Sequence record: PZ386955.1
Length of the DNA: 64,000 nt
Origin: a phage
Direction: 5' to 3' (one strand)
In this document: positions 28,179 to 38,167 of the stretch, in pieces
How positions within the stretch are numbered: the first letter of the stretch is position 1
How the letters are laid out: each line of letters begins with the position of its first letter
Notes under the pieces: generated by a model
The model's input: only the letters and a program-made list of their open reading frames with translations
What the model was told of the DNA's origin: nothing
Database searches by the model: none
Program-made: the position numbers and the translations under genes

Positions 28179-29339
28179 TTAGTAAGAACGACCACCAAAC
28201 ACATACTCTGTGTAGTTTTTACGTTCTTTGTTTTTAATAACAACTTCAATGTTGTTGCCTTTATCATCGGTGAACACAAAGTGATAACCGTCACCACCCA
28301 TTGTACGGATGTGTTTTTCATCATACGTCAGCAAGATACGGTCTACACCCCAGTAGTAGTCACCTTCTTCATCTTTATCTTCTACGGTAACGACTCCTTC
28401 CATTTCAGGAAGATGCTCTTCTCCTAGCTTATGGTCTACAGCTACAACATAACGATTACCGCTAAACAAACCCTGTGCTGTCATACCGTCAATATCGGTA
28501 TCTGCCGAAACATCTCCTGTACGGTCTACACCGTTGACTTTCAGAAGTTTAACTTCTTTTGCAGCATAGCGGTGTTCAGTAATACTGATACCCATTAATG
28601 CAAGTGCATCAGAGAATTTGTCATTAGGGTAACGGTTAAGTTCTTCTACTAAGGACTGAACAATATCAAAGTTCAAATCCACGGAAAGATTATAAAGCGT
28701 TTCAAAATCTGGTAAAAAGGCTTTGTTCTCCAGATTTTTAGCCAGATAGTCATCCATAGTAGCTTTAGGTAGTTTCTTATAGCTAAAGCTGTAGAAAATA
28801 CGGCTAGGACGATTACGCAAAAATTCTGATACATAACCATCATTTTTAGTCAATACAAACAGCTTGTCATAGCCACCAACACCATCCAGCAGGGTAAGCA
28901 AACCATCCTGTGCATCTTTTTCAGCATACAGTTTATCAAATTCATCGATCATAATCATCACAGGTTGTGTGATTTTAGACATAAAATTGATAAAGCCTTC
29001 ACCATTAAAAGCACTACCGATAGAAATAGTAGGAATACCCATTTCACGAAGAGCAGAAGACAGCATTTTAGCTTGCAAAGTTTTACCGCTACCCTTCGTA
29101 CCCTCAAGGAGAACACCTGTGTTTTTACCTTTGCGGCTAAGGAACGTCTTGATAATACGTTCTGATTTATCATCAGTATCACCGTATGTTACTGAAGGGA
29201 CTTCCATATCGTTTTTAGGATACAGGAAGAACTCACCACTTTGAGTAACACCTACACCAAAAGTTCCTGCTGGAATTTCTTCGATATCTGTACCAGACTT
29301 CTGACGCAGGAAGATTTGATTGCCGAATACTGTAAACAT
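28179..29339 (-). CDS. AAA+ ATPase, paralogue A
   Basis: Walker A GTKGSGKT, Walker B IMIDEFDK, LLTLLDG; N-terminal 250 aa paralogous to 43581-45191. Confidence 0.6.
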   Translation of the reverse strand: MFTVFGNQIFLRQKSGTDIEEIPAGTFGVGVTQSGEFFLYPKNDMEVPSVTYGDTDDKSERIIKTFLSRKGKNTGVLLEGTKGSGKTLQAKMLSSALREMGIPTISIGSAFNGEGFINFMSKITQPVMIMIDEFDKLYAEKDAQDGLLTLLDGVGGYDKLFVLTKNDGYVSEFLRNRPSRIFYSFSYKKLPKATMDDYLAKNLENKAFLPDFETLYNLSVDLNFDIVQSLVEELNRYPNDKFSDALALMGISITEHRYAAKEVKLLKVNGVDRTGDVSADTDIDGMTAQGLFSGNRYVVAVDHKLGEEHLPEMEGVVTVEDKDEEGDYYWGVDRILLTYDEKHIRTMGGDGYHFVFTDDKGNNIEVVIKNKERKNYTEYVFGGRSY

Positions 29340-29359
29340 AGTTTTCTCCTCTATTTAAT

Positions 29360-29830
29360 TTAGTCAGATTCCCAAATGTTGTCTTTCTTAATCCACATTC
29401 GTTGATTATCTGAACCTCTATAACGTTTCGTTGTTGGTTGATTCATATCATACTTACCATCTATCACTATGTCAACCAGTTTTTTAATTTTTTCTGGAAT
29501 TTCCTCAAAAAGATATCCTGTATATAAGACAATATCTTTTTTGTTTCCAAAACAATCTCTTACCTTCTCAAGAACATACTCTACAGTGTCAATGTTCTCT
29601 TTGTCAAGAGGTTCACCACCTAAAACTGTTAATCCTTTAATGAAAGGTCGAGATAAATCTTTCAAGATAAGACCTAATGTTTCAGTAGTGAACTCTTGTC
29701 CGTAGTTATACGACCAGGCTTTCTGGTTAAAGCAGCCACGGCAACCGTGGCTACAACCGCTCACCCACAAAGAGCATCTTACACCGTCACCGTTGAGCAT
29801 GTCAACAGGTTCATATCCGGCGTAATTCAA
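29360..29830 (-). CDS. nrdG: anaerobic ribonucleotide reductase activating protein (radical SAM)
   Basis: CSHGCRGC cluster near N-terminus; 156 aa; immediately downstream of nrdD. Confidence 0.85.
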   Translation of the reverse strand: MNYAGYEPVDMLNGDGVRCSLWVSGCSHGCRGCFNQKAWSYNYGQEFTTETLGLILKDLSRPFIKGLTVLGGEPLDKENIDTVEYVLEKVRDCFGNKKDIVLYTGYLFEEIPEKIKKLVDIVIDGKYDMNQPTTKRYRGSDNQRMWIKKDNIWESD

Positions 29831-31626
29831 AAATGTTTCTCCCTTTCTAGTACCTCTTGCATTTTACCTTTATTATAAGGGCGAGAGTTAGGGGCAGACA
29901 GGTATCCTGACACTCTTCTGATTACAGATATAGATTCTTCCTCATGATTGCCACAACTTGGACACTCGAAGCCTTTAGCTGTTGCCTTAAATTCACCATG
30001 AAAACCACATTTGAAACACTGATCTACAGGTTGGTTCACGCCAAAATAAGGAATTTTGTTGTAGGCATAATCTACAAGGGTTTCCAGTGCTTGCAAGTTA
30101 TTTTTAAGGTTTGGTGTTTCTACATAACCTATGTTCCCACCATTACTGATTTGTGCAAAACCTTCCTCATAATCCCACTTTTGGAACGGGGTAGTGTGCA
30201 TCCATACAGGTTGATGGAAAGAGTTTGTCAAGTAGTCACGATCAATAGAACCAGGATAGCGATCATTTAATGCTTTGGCAAATTTATAGCACAAGGATTC
30301 TGCTGGTGTTCCATACAAACTAAAAGCTAAACCAGAACGTTCTTTAAATGTGCCACAGATATCCTTCATATATTGAAGGATGTTTTTACCCATTGCTTTT
30401 GGATTGGTGTTACCTGGGTATAAAATCTCCATAGCTTCTGCTAAACCTACATAACCGATACTAATAGAGGCATAACCACCTTCGAATAGTTTACCAATCT
30501 CTTCATTAGCTTCTAGTCGAGCTAAAGCCCCTTCCATAAACAATGTAGGGTTTTGAGATGCTTTGGTATGTCTAATACGGTTAACACGTAGCATATGTGC
30601 CTTATACGCCATCTCCATATGTTGTTCCAACAGTTCAGTAAATAAGATGCCCTTTTCACGGGACTCTGCTGCAATGATAGGTAAGTTTAAAGAAACTACG
30701 CCTAAGTTGAAACGACCATCATATTTTTCACCCTGCTCTGTTGCATAGTATGACAAGAAGCTACGGCAACCCATGCTTGTGACGCGACCATCTGAAGATC
30801 CTGTAACTTCTTTGTTTAAAGGTACAGAGATAAAATCAGGATAAATGCGTTCAGCACAACACTCCATTGCCAGTTGCTTCAAATCATAATTTGGATCGCC
30901 AGCTTTCATGTTAACACCATCTTCCAAGAAGAAGATAACTTTAGGAAACACAGGAGTTACCCTATCTTTTCCCAACCCTTGTTTGTGCACCATTAGGTAG
31001 TTTTTAGTGATCATTCTACCAAAAGCAGAGGTATCCAAACCTAAACTAATTGTTATAAAAGGTGACTGACCATTTACACTCATTAGAGTGTTCACCTGGT
31101 AGATTAAAGTTTGCATTGCATCATAGACCTGTTTATCTACCATACGCATAGCAATATCATAATCGCCAACATCGGCATATATTTTATTAAAACTTGCTTT
31201 AACGTATTGACTAAGCCCAGTATCAACATGTGCACAAGTTTGTCCACCATATTGGCTAGAAGCTACTGCTTGAATAATTTGAGTTAGGACAGTAGTCGCT
31301 ACACCGATAGATTTTGGTTTTTCAATATGTGCATTACCAATACGGAAACCGTTCTCAAGCATATCTTGGTAATTTACCAGGCAACAATTAGTTAAAGGTG
31401 AGAGTAAATAATCTAAATCGTGAATGTGACCATACCCACTTTTATGCCATTCTGCCAGATCTTCCGGTAAAATATGGGTCATTGCCATGTGCTTGCTTAG
31501 GATACCTGCTAGTAAGTCTCGGTGAGTATTAACAATCATTGCAGGTTTGTTTGCATTTTCACGAGTAAATTCTTCGGATGTTTGTTCGAGGAATCCGATT
31601 ACATCCTCATATAGTTTTTGGGTCAT
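29827..31626 (-). CDS. nrdD: anaerobic ribonucleoside-triphosphate reductase
   Basis: C-terminal glycyl-radical motif RRVSGYL and CxxC...CxxC zinc site; start reassigned to ATG 31626 (GGAGGA SD). Confidence 0.9.
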   Translation of the reverse strand: MTQKLYEDVIGFLEQTSEEFTRENANKPAMIVNTHRDLLAGILSKHMAMTHILPEDLAEWHKSGYGHIHDLDYLLSPLTNCCLVNYQDMLENGFRIGNAHIEKPKSIGVATTVLTQIIQAVASSQYGGQTCAHVDTGLSQYVKASFNKIYADVGDYDIAMRMVDKQVYDAMQTLIYQVNTLMSVNGQSPFITISLGLDTSAFGRMITKNYLMVHKQGLGKDRVTPVFPKVIFFLEDGVNMKAGDPNYDLKQLAMECCAERIYPDFISVPLNKEVTGSSDGRVTSMGCRSFLSYYATEQGEKYDGRFNLGVVSLNLPIIAAESREKGILFTELLEQHMEMAYKAHMLRVNRIRHTKASQNPTLFMEGALARLEANEEIGKLFEGGYASISIGYVGLAEAMEILYPGNTNPKAMGKNILQYMKDICGTFKERSGLAFSLYGTPAESLCYKFAKALNDRYPGSIDRDYLTNSFHQPVWMHTTPFQKWDYEEGFAQISNGGNIGYVETPNLKNNLQALETLVDYAYNKIPYFGVNQPVDQCFKCGFHGEFKATAKGFECPSCGNHEEESISVIRRVSGYLSAPNSRPYNKGKMQEVLEREKHF

Positions 31627-31642
31627 TAATCCTCCGTGGAAA

Positions 31643-31670
31643 ATAAAAGCCAGCATTAAGCTGGCTTTAG
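31643..31670 (-). terminator. rho-independent terminator / attenuator upstream of nrdD
   Basis: Hairpin AAAGCCAGC(ATTA)GCTGGCTTT. Confidence 0.5.
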
Positions 31671-31715
31671 GGTGGATCTTTATTTTAAATCTTTTTCGTA
31701 AGATTGTCCTTGATC

Positions 31716-32666
31716 TTAGTCAAGGTTTTTGGTAATACGTGTACAACCATCAGAAGTCAAACCGTCAACTTGAGTTTCCCAAGTGCCATGAATATTTCGG
31801 AACAATGTTGTTACACCTTTTGGTTCATTAATAATGATTGCCATAACAAGTTTAGGATCGATAACAGACATAATCTTTTCCTCAATACCCTCTGTAATAA
31901 CATTATTACGCACAATATTAATTACATCTTCTTGTACAGAAAGGGTACTTACGTTCTTAAGAGTATATACCTGCTGCGTAGTGTAAATGATACGAACATA
32001 ACTTACAGAACGAGTAGGCACAGGTTTACGCGGTCGGCGAAAACGTGGTTTTGGTGAAGATTCAGTCTTACTTTCATTTTTTGAATAATACTCCTCAAAC
32101 AGTTTAGTAAATGTTTTTACATCAACTACAAACCGATCTTTCCTATATGGAGAATTCTTATGTGCACCATTAATACCACTGTTTTCATCGAAGAAAGTAA
32201 TGTTTTCTTCAGTTGAATACATTAGATAATGATCTGCATTTTTCCAATGTGGTTGTGGACAACGAGGATTACAAACGGAAAGCAGATAATTAATATTTTC
32301 TTCCGTAGCCTCAGTATCCAGGAAACACGTATTATGCACAGTCAGTTGTACTTTTTCAGTCATATCTTTTTCTTTATCCTCTTTAGCAAGATATTCAGTA
32401 CGAATAATCTCCAGAAAACCTTCAGGTGTTACTTCCATAAATTTATATTCAGGATGAAGCTCCATATATTCAAATCCACAACCATCTAATTGCTGTAGGA
32501 AGTTAGGGTAGAAGAACAAATCATTAACACTGTGAATCAGATCATTGATTTCTGCTTCAGTTGTGTAACCAAAACTCTTGTGAATTGCTTCGTTAAGAAT
32601 ATGCAGGATACCCATCTCTTCTGCTGCTTTTTTAACTTCCAGTTTATTAGCGTAAAATGCAATCAT
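31716..32666 (-). CDS. hypothetical protein
   Basis: 316-aa ORF. Confidence 0.5.
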   Translation of the reverse strand: MIAFYANKLEVKKAAEEMGILHILNEAIHKSFGYTTEAEINDLIHSVNDLFFYPNFLQQLDGCGFEYMELHPEYKFMEVTPEGFLEIIRTEYLAKEDKEKDMTEKVQLTVHNTCFLDTEATEENINYLLSVCNPRCPQPHWKNADHYLMYSTEENITFFDENSGINGAHKNSPYRKDRFVVDVKTFTKLFEEYYSKNESKTESSPKPRFRRPRKPVPTRSVSYVRIIYTTQQVYTLKNVSTLSVQEDVINIVRNNVITEGIEEKIMSVIDPKLVMAIIINEPKGVTTLFRNIHGTWETQVDGLTSDGCTRITKNLD

Positions 32667-32683
32667 TATGTTCTCCTTCTAAA

Positions 32684-33118
32684 TTAGTTTAAAATTTCTT
32701 TTGCAATGGTAGAAGCAAGTTTTCCATCATATTGATTCGGATACTCTGCTTTAAGGTGTTTCATCATATCTGGCATTTTCTTGCCTGTCAAGGCAAATTC
32801 TTCAGCAATAGCTCGAAGATCATCTTCAGATAGCATTTCTGGCAAATATTTTTCCAGAGTGGTGATATCACGCATAGCTCGCTCACACTTGCTAATGGAG
32901 GCATTAACTTTCTTAAGCGAGTCTAGTTCCTCTTTAGCGTGTGCAATACCAATCTTAACAATGTTAATCATAATATCGTCTTCTGATTTATTCAGATTTG
33001 CCTTTTGAGTACGAGCAAGGTCAAACTCACCAATAATATTAGTTAACAAAGCAAAAGCACCCTTATCGGTTGTACGTGCTAAGATACGATCTGCTTTCAT
33101 TTGTGTCACAATAGACAT
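32684..33118 (-). CDS. GatB/YqeY-domain protein
   Basis: EKYLPEMLSEDDLRAIAEE and YDGKLASTIAKEIL resemble YqeY blocks. Confidence 0.45.
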   Translation of the reverse strand: MSIVTQMKADRILARTTDKGAFALLTNIIGEFDLARTQKANLNKSEDDIMINIVKIGIAHAKEELDSLKKVNASISKCERAMRDITTLEKYLPEMLSEDDLRAIAEEFALTGKKMPDMMKHLKAEYPNQYDGKLASTIAKEILN

Positions 33119-33130
33119 TCTATTCTCCTC

Positions 33131-33703
33131 TTATTTGCTAATGCTTTGAATCTTATTTACAACACGGTTTATTGCCAGTGAAGCCCTAGGTTCCGCAATA
33201 CCTGTTGCATAGATATAAGGATGACCTTTTGGAGACTCCCTCATACCGAATGAACCTAATTCTAAACCATATTCATCCTCTACGTCAACCCCAATATTAG
33301 TGGGTACTAAATATGTTTTAACTCCATAATAAGTAGAGAAGAAACAGCGCATAGAGTTAGCATACTCTTCAATTGTAGCATCAGGGTAGAACTCAATCAA
33401 CTCCAATTTCAAGAAAATATTAAAATGGGTATCATCTAAATTTTCTTCTGTGCGGTAACATGGTGTTAGTGCCATATACGGATTACCTACTGCAAATTCA
33501 AAACCATCCTTCTCCATTTGCAGGAAAGATTGTTCTGCACTAGCTACATAGTATTTACCGTTAGGATGCCCTAATGGGCGATCCTCTTTATTTTCTGGTA
33601 GTGTGTACGCCAGTATATCAGCATCCACGAGATATGGAACTTCCAACATTTGTGCAAACCGACCATAGTAATCAATAGCTTGAGCTATTACTGCAACATT
33701 CAT
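33131..33703 (-). CDS. hypothetical protein
   Basis: 190-aa ORF; weak resemblance to class II aaRS-like core (CYRTEE, GIAEPRASLAINR) not verifiable here. Confidence 0.5.
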   Translation of the reverse strand: MNVAVIAQAIDYYGRFAQMLEVPYLVDADILAYTLPENKEDRPLGHPNGKYYVASAEQSFLQMEKDGFEFAVGNPYMALTPCYRTEENLDDTHFNIFLKLELIEFYPDATIEEYANSMRCFFSTYYGVKTYLVPTNIGVDVEDEYGLELGSFGMRESPKGHPYIYATGIAEPRASLAINRVVNKIQSISK

Positions 33704-33951
33704 GATCGACCTCCATTGCGGAATGCACGTTTAGTAATGTTTGACATAGTGATCAAATCTTGAAGCGTCATACCAGGAAAATGCTGTTCAAGAACACCTT
33801 CAACAGCGCCTACAATATCTGATAACTCAATAAGTTGCATCAGCTTGCAATCTTGATCAATAGCATCTTGAAGTTCATAAAGCTCTTCTTGAATCTTAGC
33901 AACAGAACCATATTCCTCTTTGCTAATCTCCTTCAAATGATACCCTGCCAC
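33700..33951 (-). CDS. small helical protein, possibly MazG-like nucleotide pyrophosphohydrolase
   Basis: EELYELQDAI...ELSDIVGAVEGVL pattern. Confidence 0.35.
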   Translation of the reverse strand: MAGYHLKEISKEEYGSVAKIQEELYELQDAIDQDCKLMQLIELSDIVGAVEGVLEQHFPGMTLQDLITMSNITKRAFRNGGRS

Positions 33952-33961
33952 TTTAACCCCC

Positions 33962-35698
33962 TTAGTTTACCAGTTTATTTATATCTGGTAAAAGATTTAT
34001 TTCACCTAAAAAATCACCTTCACCTTCCTCTAACCAACTCTCATATGCTTGTGCATGATTATAGTTACCATCAAAAGAATCTGCAACAAATTTTTCTACA
34101 GCTTTTCGAGATGTGCCAGCGCCAAATACACCAAGTTTAATACCATTGATCGGTAAAGTGGTACTTGTGGGTACTTTCTCTGTTGCAACACGGTTGATAT
34201 CTATAATCTCCTGTACGGTTGTGTTCCATTGTAAGCATTTAACACAACGGGTATGCGCTACATACAGTAGGTTTCGCTCTGCCTCTTCCAGTCCTACCCA
34301 TTCACCAGTCTTTTTATCATAGTTGGAAGGAAAATCATTAGCAACAATAACCTGATCCCACTCCAAACCTTTAGACTTGTGTGCTGTAGTAAGTGTGACT
34401 TTTGCTGTAGGAGAATTTCTGTGCGTTCTAAGTGTATGTGCTATGGTGTTCGCCTTACCAGAAACTACGATGTTTAACAAGCGTTTAGCATCTGGATCAG
34501 CCTCTGCACACTCAACAAATTCATCCCAGTCTGCGTAAGGTAATACAGTTTCATGTTTTACTTTCTCAATATCTCCTCTACGAAGAGCATTAACACTATC
34601 TACCATAGAGATAAAATCCCTGGTATCTACGTTAATAATAATTTCTTCCCCATCTGCAATACGATCCATTGCCTCCATAAGCAAGGTTAAATTCTTGCGA
34701 AAGATGATAGTGTAAGGTTTTGTATAGTCTACAACATCTGATTTGTAGCTACCTACTACAGTATCAAAGCCTTTACCAACCAAAGGGTGACGCAAAGGTT
34801 CTTTATCGCTTAAAATCATATTGGCAATGTTTGCCACTTTTGGGCCAAAACGGAAGCAAGCAGTTAATGGAAGCTCTGCCCCATATGTAGATGTTTCCTT
34901 CATCATATTTTGGCTTCCACGGAACTGGTAGATGCTCTGATATTCGTCACCCACCACTACTACTTGTTTTGCAGATTTAGCATTTCGCAGAATAGACAAG
35001 AATGCAGGGTTAACATCCTGGAATTCATCACCAAAAATAATATCATAACCAAGATCAGCACCAGACAATTCAAACAATTTTACATAGGTGTCATGCGTCA
35101 TCAAAGTATCTGTGTTAGGATCGATGCGCTCTCGCCACAATTGTTTTGCATACTTAACTACTTCTGTAATTAGTTTGTGTTCGTTAATACCTTTTCTTTT
35201 AATATCTGCAAGATGTACACTAGGAAAATGTTTACGGCTGATAAAAGGATCATCCGAAAATTCAAACTTACCTACGGTTTGTTTGATCATTAAACCAATC
35301 ATAGCACGAGTTAAAAGTGTTTTCCCTCGTTTATCAATAAGATTATTAATCTTAAATTTCTTTGCTATTTCGCTACCTGTACCTGCAACGTTAACATACT
35401 GTCCTTCTGGTCGTGACAGTTTTGCACGTAAACGATGATCCAGGAATTGATAGCAAATAGAATGCAATGTACGGCATTCTACATTTAGTGGCATCTTACG
35501 TCGTGCTTCTTCTGCCATGCTTTTATTGAAAGCTAAGTAAAGAATGCGATCTTCTGTACTGTTAGCCAGCAAATAAAGTGTTGACGTTTTGCCTGATCCA
35601 GATTTAGCTTGGATAGTTAAAAAGCGATGGTCTGGAAAAGCCTCCTTAATAGCTGTTTGCTCTTCTGTTGGAGTGAAGCTCAACTCTTTCTTAGCCAT
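33962..35698 (-). CDS. superfamily 1 DNA helicase (UvrD/Rep-like)
   Basis: Motif I AKSGSGKT, motif II GDEFQDVN, motif III VVVGDEYQSIYQFRGS; start at ATG 35698. Confidence 0.8.
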   Translation of the reverse strand: MAKKELSFTPTEEQTAIKEAFPDHRFLTIQAKSGSGKTSTLYLLANSTEDRILYLAFNKSMAEEARRKMPLNVECRTLHSICYQFLDHRLRAKLSRPEGQYVNVAGTGSEIAKKFKINNLIDKRGKTLLTRAMIGLMIKQTVGKFEFSDDPFISRKHFPSVHLADIKRKGINEHKLITEVVKYAKQLWRERIDPNTDTLMTHDTYVKLFELSGADLGYDIIFGDEFQDVNPAFLSILRNAKSAKQVVVVGDEYQSIYQFRGSQNMMKETSTYGAELPLTACFRFGPKVANIANMILSDKEPLRHPLVGKGFDTVVGSYKSDVVDYTKPYTIIFRKNLTLLMEAMDRIADGEEIIINVDTRDFISMVDSVNALRRGDIEKVKHETVLPYADWDEFVECAEADPDAKRLLNIVVSGKANTIAHTLRTHRNSPTAKVTLTTAHKSKGLEWDQVIVANDFPSNYDKKTGEWVGLEEAERNLLYVAHTRCVKCLQWNTTVQEIIDINRVATEKVPTSTTLPINGIKLGVFGAGTSRKAVEKFVADSFDGNYNHAQAYESWLEEGEGDFLGEINLLPDINKLVN

Positions 35699-35699
35699 T

Positions 35700-36176
35700 T
35701 CAACCTCTCTTAATTTGTTTAACAAGCATAGGAACAAAATCTCGTTTTAAAATTTGTTCAATAATATGATCAGGTAGCTGTTGGAAATTATAATTAAAAG
35801 CTACTGTCTCACCTTTAGGTGTTTCTACCCGCACATATAACATGTTACGAAGTTTATCCACTTGTGCTGTATATTCTAAACCATGTAATTGATGCATTGC
35901 AAACATCAAATCATCAGTTTCAGTTTGGAATCTATCATTTGCTTGCATTAAAGACAAGGTAAAAGGTAGATTTTCCCTAAGAGCCACCTTCTTAGGAACT
36001 AGTGAAGGAAAATACTCACCAATAACTTCCTGTGTAAGCTGGATACACTCTTTTTCAAGTTGGTTTTGTTCCTTAAGTTCACAAACACTTTTTTGTAAAG
36101 TGTTAACCTCTTTTTGCAAAGCTGCTAGTTGAGCACTTAACTTTCTTTTTTGATTACGACCAAAACGTTTAGACAT
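35700..36176 (-). CDS. hypothetical coiled-coil protein
   Basis: 158-aa ORF. Confidence 0.5.
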   Translation of the reverse strand: MSKRFGRNQKRKLSAQLAALQKEVNTLQKSVCELKEQNQLEKECIQLTQEVIGEYFPSLVPKKVALRENLPFTLSLMQANDRFQTETDDLMFAMHQLHGLEYTAQVDKLRNMLYVRVETPKGETVAFNYNFQQLPDHIIEQILKRDFVPMLVKQIKRG

Positions 36177-36184
36177 ATTTCCCC

Positions 36185-36700
36185 CTAGTAAAACCCTTTA
36201 ACAATCTGTATTAACTCGGCACAACGGTTGACCAACTTTTCCTCATACAATACACGTTGTGGCATATGTTGTATAATATACTCCATTTGCTCATGCCATG
36301 TCCACTTTTCTTTTTTGTCCGGGATAACATCACTAGCACGAGAATTATCTTTTAATGTTTGTATAATCCAATTGCTTGGAAAGTGCTCTCCACCTTTCTT
36401 AAATGGTTTATAGTGGCCTAGAGTGAATTGAGAATCCCCTGTTAGAGCACCCAATTTATTTAGATGGATAATCAAACTACGAAACACATAGTATTCATAG
36501 ATGTTATCCACCGTATAGCAAGCATAATATTTCAAGATGCCCTTATCTCGCGGATACTTACCAACATCCAGATTGCACCAGTTGACATTTTCTGGATCAT
36601 AGTGGTGTTCCTTAAGCCATATTTCTCTTTCATCAAAGTCTGGATATATTACCGCTCTGCTTACAGAGTCAACAAGTGGAGATTGAGCATCAAAAAACAT
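36185..36700 (-). CDS. hypothetical protein
   Basis: 171-aa ORF. Confidence 0.5.
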   Translation of the reverse strand: MFFDAQSPLVDSVSRAVIYPDFDEREIWLKEHHYDPENVNWCNLDVGKYPRDKGILKYYACYTVDNIYEYYVFRSLIIHLNKLGALTGDSQFTLGHYKPFKKGGEHFPSNWIIQTLKDNSRASDVIPDKKEKWTWHEQMEYIIQHMPQRVLYEEKLVNRCAELIQIVKGFY

Positions 36701-36721
36701 TATATTTTCCTTATTGGTTTG

Positions 36722-37087
36722 TTAAACGTTTTCTAAATCTTTTAAGGCATTACCCAACGTTAGAACAATAACATCGTTTGCTGCCTCTTCCCCATTGATA
36801 TTGGTGAAATTTGGTGTTACAAAAGTAACCATATAAAACTCGTCCACCTGGAAGATAGCAATAACACCATCCATCTTAACATCTTGACGAAAGGAAAAAC
36901 CAATCATCTTCTCTTGCAAAGGCATATCCCCTTCCTTCATTACCGCTAGGGAGTTTTCAGGAATGTTATATTTATCTGCTCCAATGTAGATGTACGTAAT
37001 GTTATCTTTATCGTGATGATACAGGGTTGCTTTTTCCATATCTAAACCTGACAGATCAAATACGTTAATTTCTTGTGTAGTCTTCAT
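36722..37087 (-). CDS. hypothetical protein
   Basis: Start at ATG 37087 with GGGAGGA SD. Confidence 0.45.
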   Translation of the reverse strand: MKTTQEINVFDLSGLDMEKATLYHHDKDNITYIYIGADKYNIPENSLAVMKEGDMPLQEKMIGFSFRQDVKMDGVIAIFQVDEFYMVTFVTPNFTNINGEEAANDVIVLTLGNALKDLENV

Positions 37088-37451
37088 AAATATCCTCCCA
37101 AATCCAATAATCATCTGTGTAAGTAGGATGCCTTTTATCCCACTCTGTTCTAGCCCAAGCAACCGCTGCTACCAACACATCACCATGACAAGGTTGAGGT
37201 GAGCAGAAGCAAACTAAGTCTTTCCCTTCTAATTCTAACAAATCCTCAAGAGTGATTTTACCACAACGAATTTGTTCCCACAACCACTCTTTATATCTTT
37301 GTATAGTTGACCCTCGTGGTTCATCATCCTTTAACTTAAAAGGATTTGCAAACTTTGAGGCTTTTAACCCCATATGAGGCATAGCTCTGCCAATGTAAAC
37401 TGCACCTTCAGGTATTACTTTACCTAAGTGGTAGAAATTCAATACTCTCAT
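37065..37451 (-). CDS. hypothetical protein with C-x-C...CHGD motif
   Basis: YIGR...NPF and CFCSPQPCHGDVL blocks; start at ATG 37451. Confidence 0.45.
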   Translation of the reverse strand: MRVLNFYHLGKVIPEGAVYIGRAMPHMGLKASKFANPFKLKDDEPRGSTIQRYKEWLWEQIRCGKITLEDLLELEGKDLVCFCSPQPCHGDVLVAAVAWARTEWDKRHPTYTDDYWIWEDIYEDYTRN

Positions 37452-37452
37452 A

Positions 37453-37803
37453 TTAACCCAAACACATTTGTGCAATCAAGCCCTGTATAAATTTATTAGC
37501 TTCTTTACTGTCGTAGTCAGTTTCTTCTGGATATCCATCTTCATCGTACACAACTGTACCTTCAATATACCCTGCCTCAATTAAGGCGCGGATCATATCA
37601 AATTGCCAGCATGAGTTACCAAATGGACGTTTACCATTAAAACACTCTTCTTCTCTCCATAACGTAGAGAGTAGTTGTCGGAAATATTCCCGTACAGTGA
37701 CAGTACCAAGATCTGAATCCTCAAACATAACATCCAGGGCATCAGGATTGCTTTTCTCTACATAAGGGATATATTTAACACCATTAATAGTTACATCAAG
37801 CAC
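37453..37803 (-). CDS. hypothetical protein
   Basis: 116-aa ORF. Confidence 0.45.
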   Translation of the reverse strand: MLDVTINGVKYIPYVEKSNPDALDVMFEDSDLGTVTVREYFRQLLSTLWREEECFNGKRPFGNSCWQFDMIRALIEAGYIEGTVVYDEDGYPEETDYDSKEANKFIQGLIAQMCLG

Positions 37804-38166
37804 TTATTTCTCCTTATCATCATATTCTAGGAACATATCTGCACGATATGCTTTACGCTCTTCAAACTTAGCAGGATCTACAACAATAAGCAATACAAGG
37901 TTAACATCTAAATACTTCTTAACAAATAGAAATAAATCTTTTCCACAGTTAAAACCTATACCAGTATAGGCATCCCCATATTGATCTACTGATTTGATCT
38001 TCTTACTAACCGTACACTCTATGCTATTCTTTTCTTCTTGGTATAAGGCTTTCCCACCCCAATATGTAAAGAATTTAGTACCGTCAGCACCAAGTTTAAA
38101 ACCCTCTGTTGCATGTCCCGCAAATGAAAGTAAGCATAACCAAGTGATCATCAGGTACTTTAGCAT
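37804..38166 (-). CDS. putative secreted protein
   Basis: Signal peptide MLKYLMITWLCLLSFAGHA. Confidence 0.45.
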   Translation of the reverse strand: MLKYLMITWLCLLSFAGHATEGFKLGADGTKFFTYWGGKALYQEEKNSIECTVSKKIKSVDQYGDAYTGIGFNCGKDLFLFVKKYLDVNLVLLIVVDPAKFEERKAYRADMFLEYDDKEK

Positions 38167-38167
38167 T

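Noticed and set aside
31627-31656. ORF-track start of nrdD at 31656 (similar upstream track starts at 50547, 53152, 55596, 56733, 58894, 59451)
   Set aside because: The track takes the first in-frame start, which here falls inside upstream hairpins or promoters, or lacks an SD; internal ATG codons with proper SD spacing were preferred.
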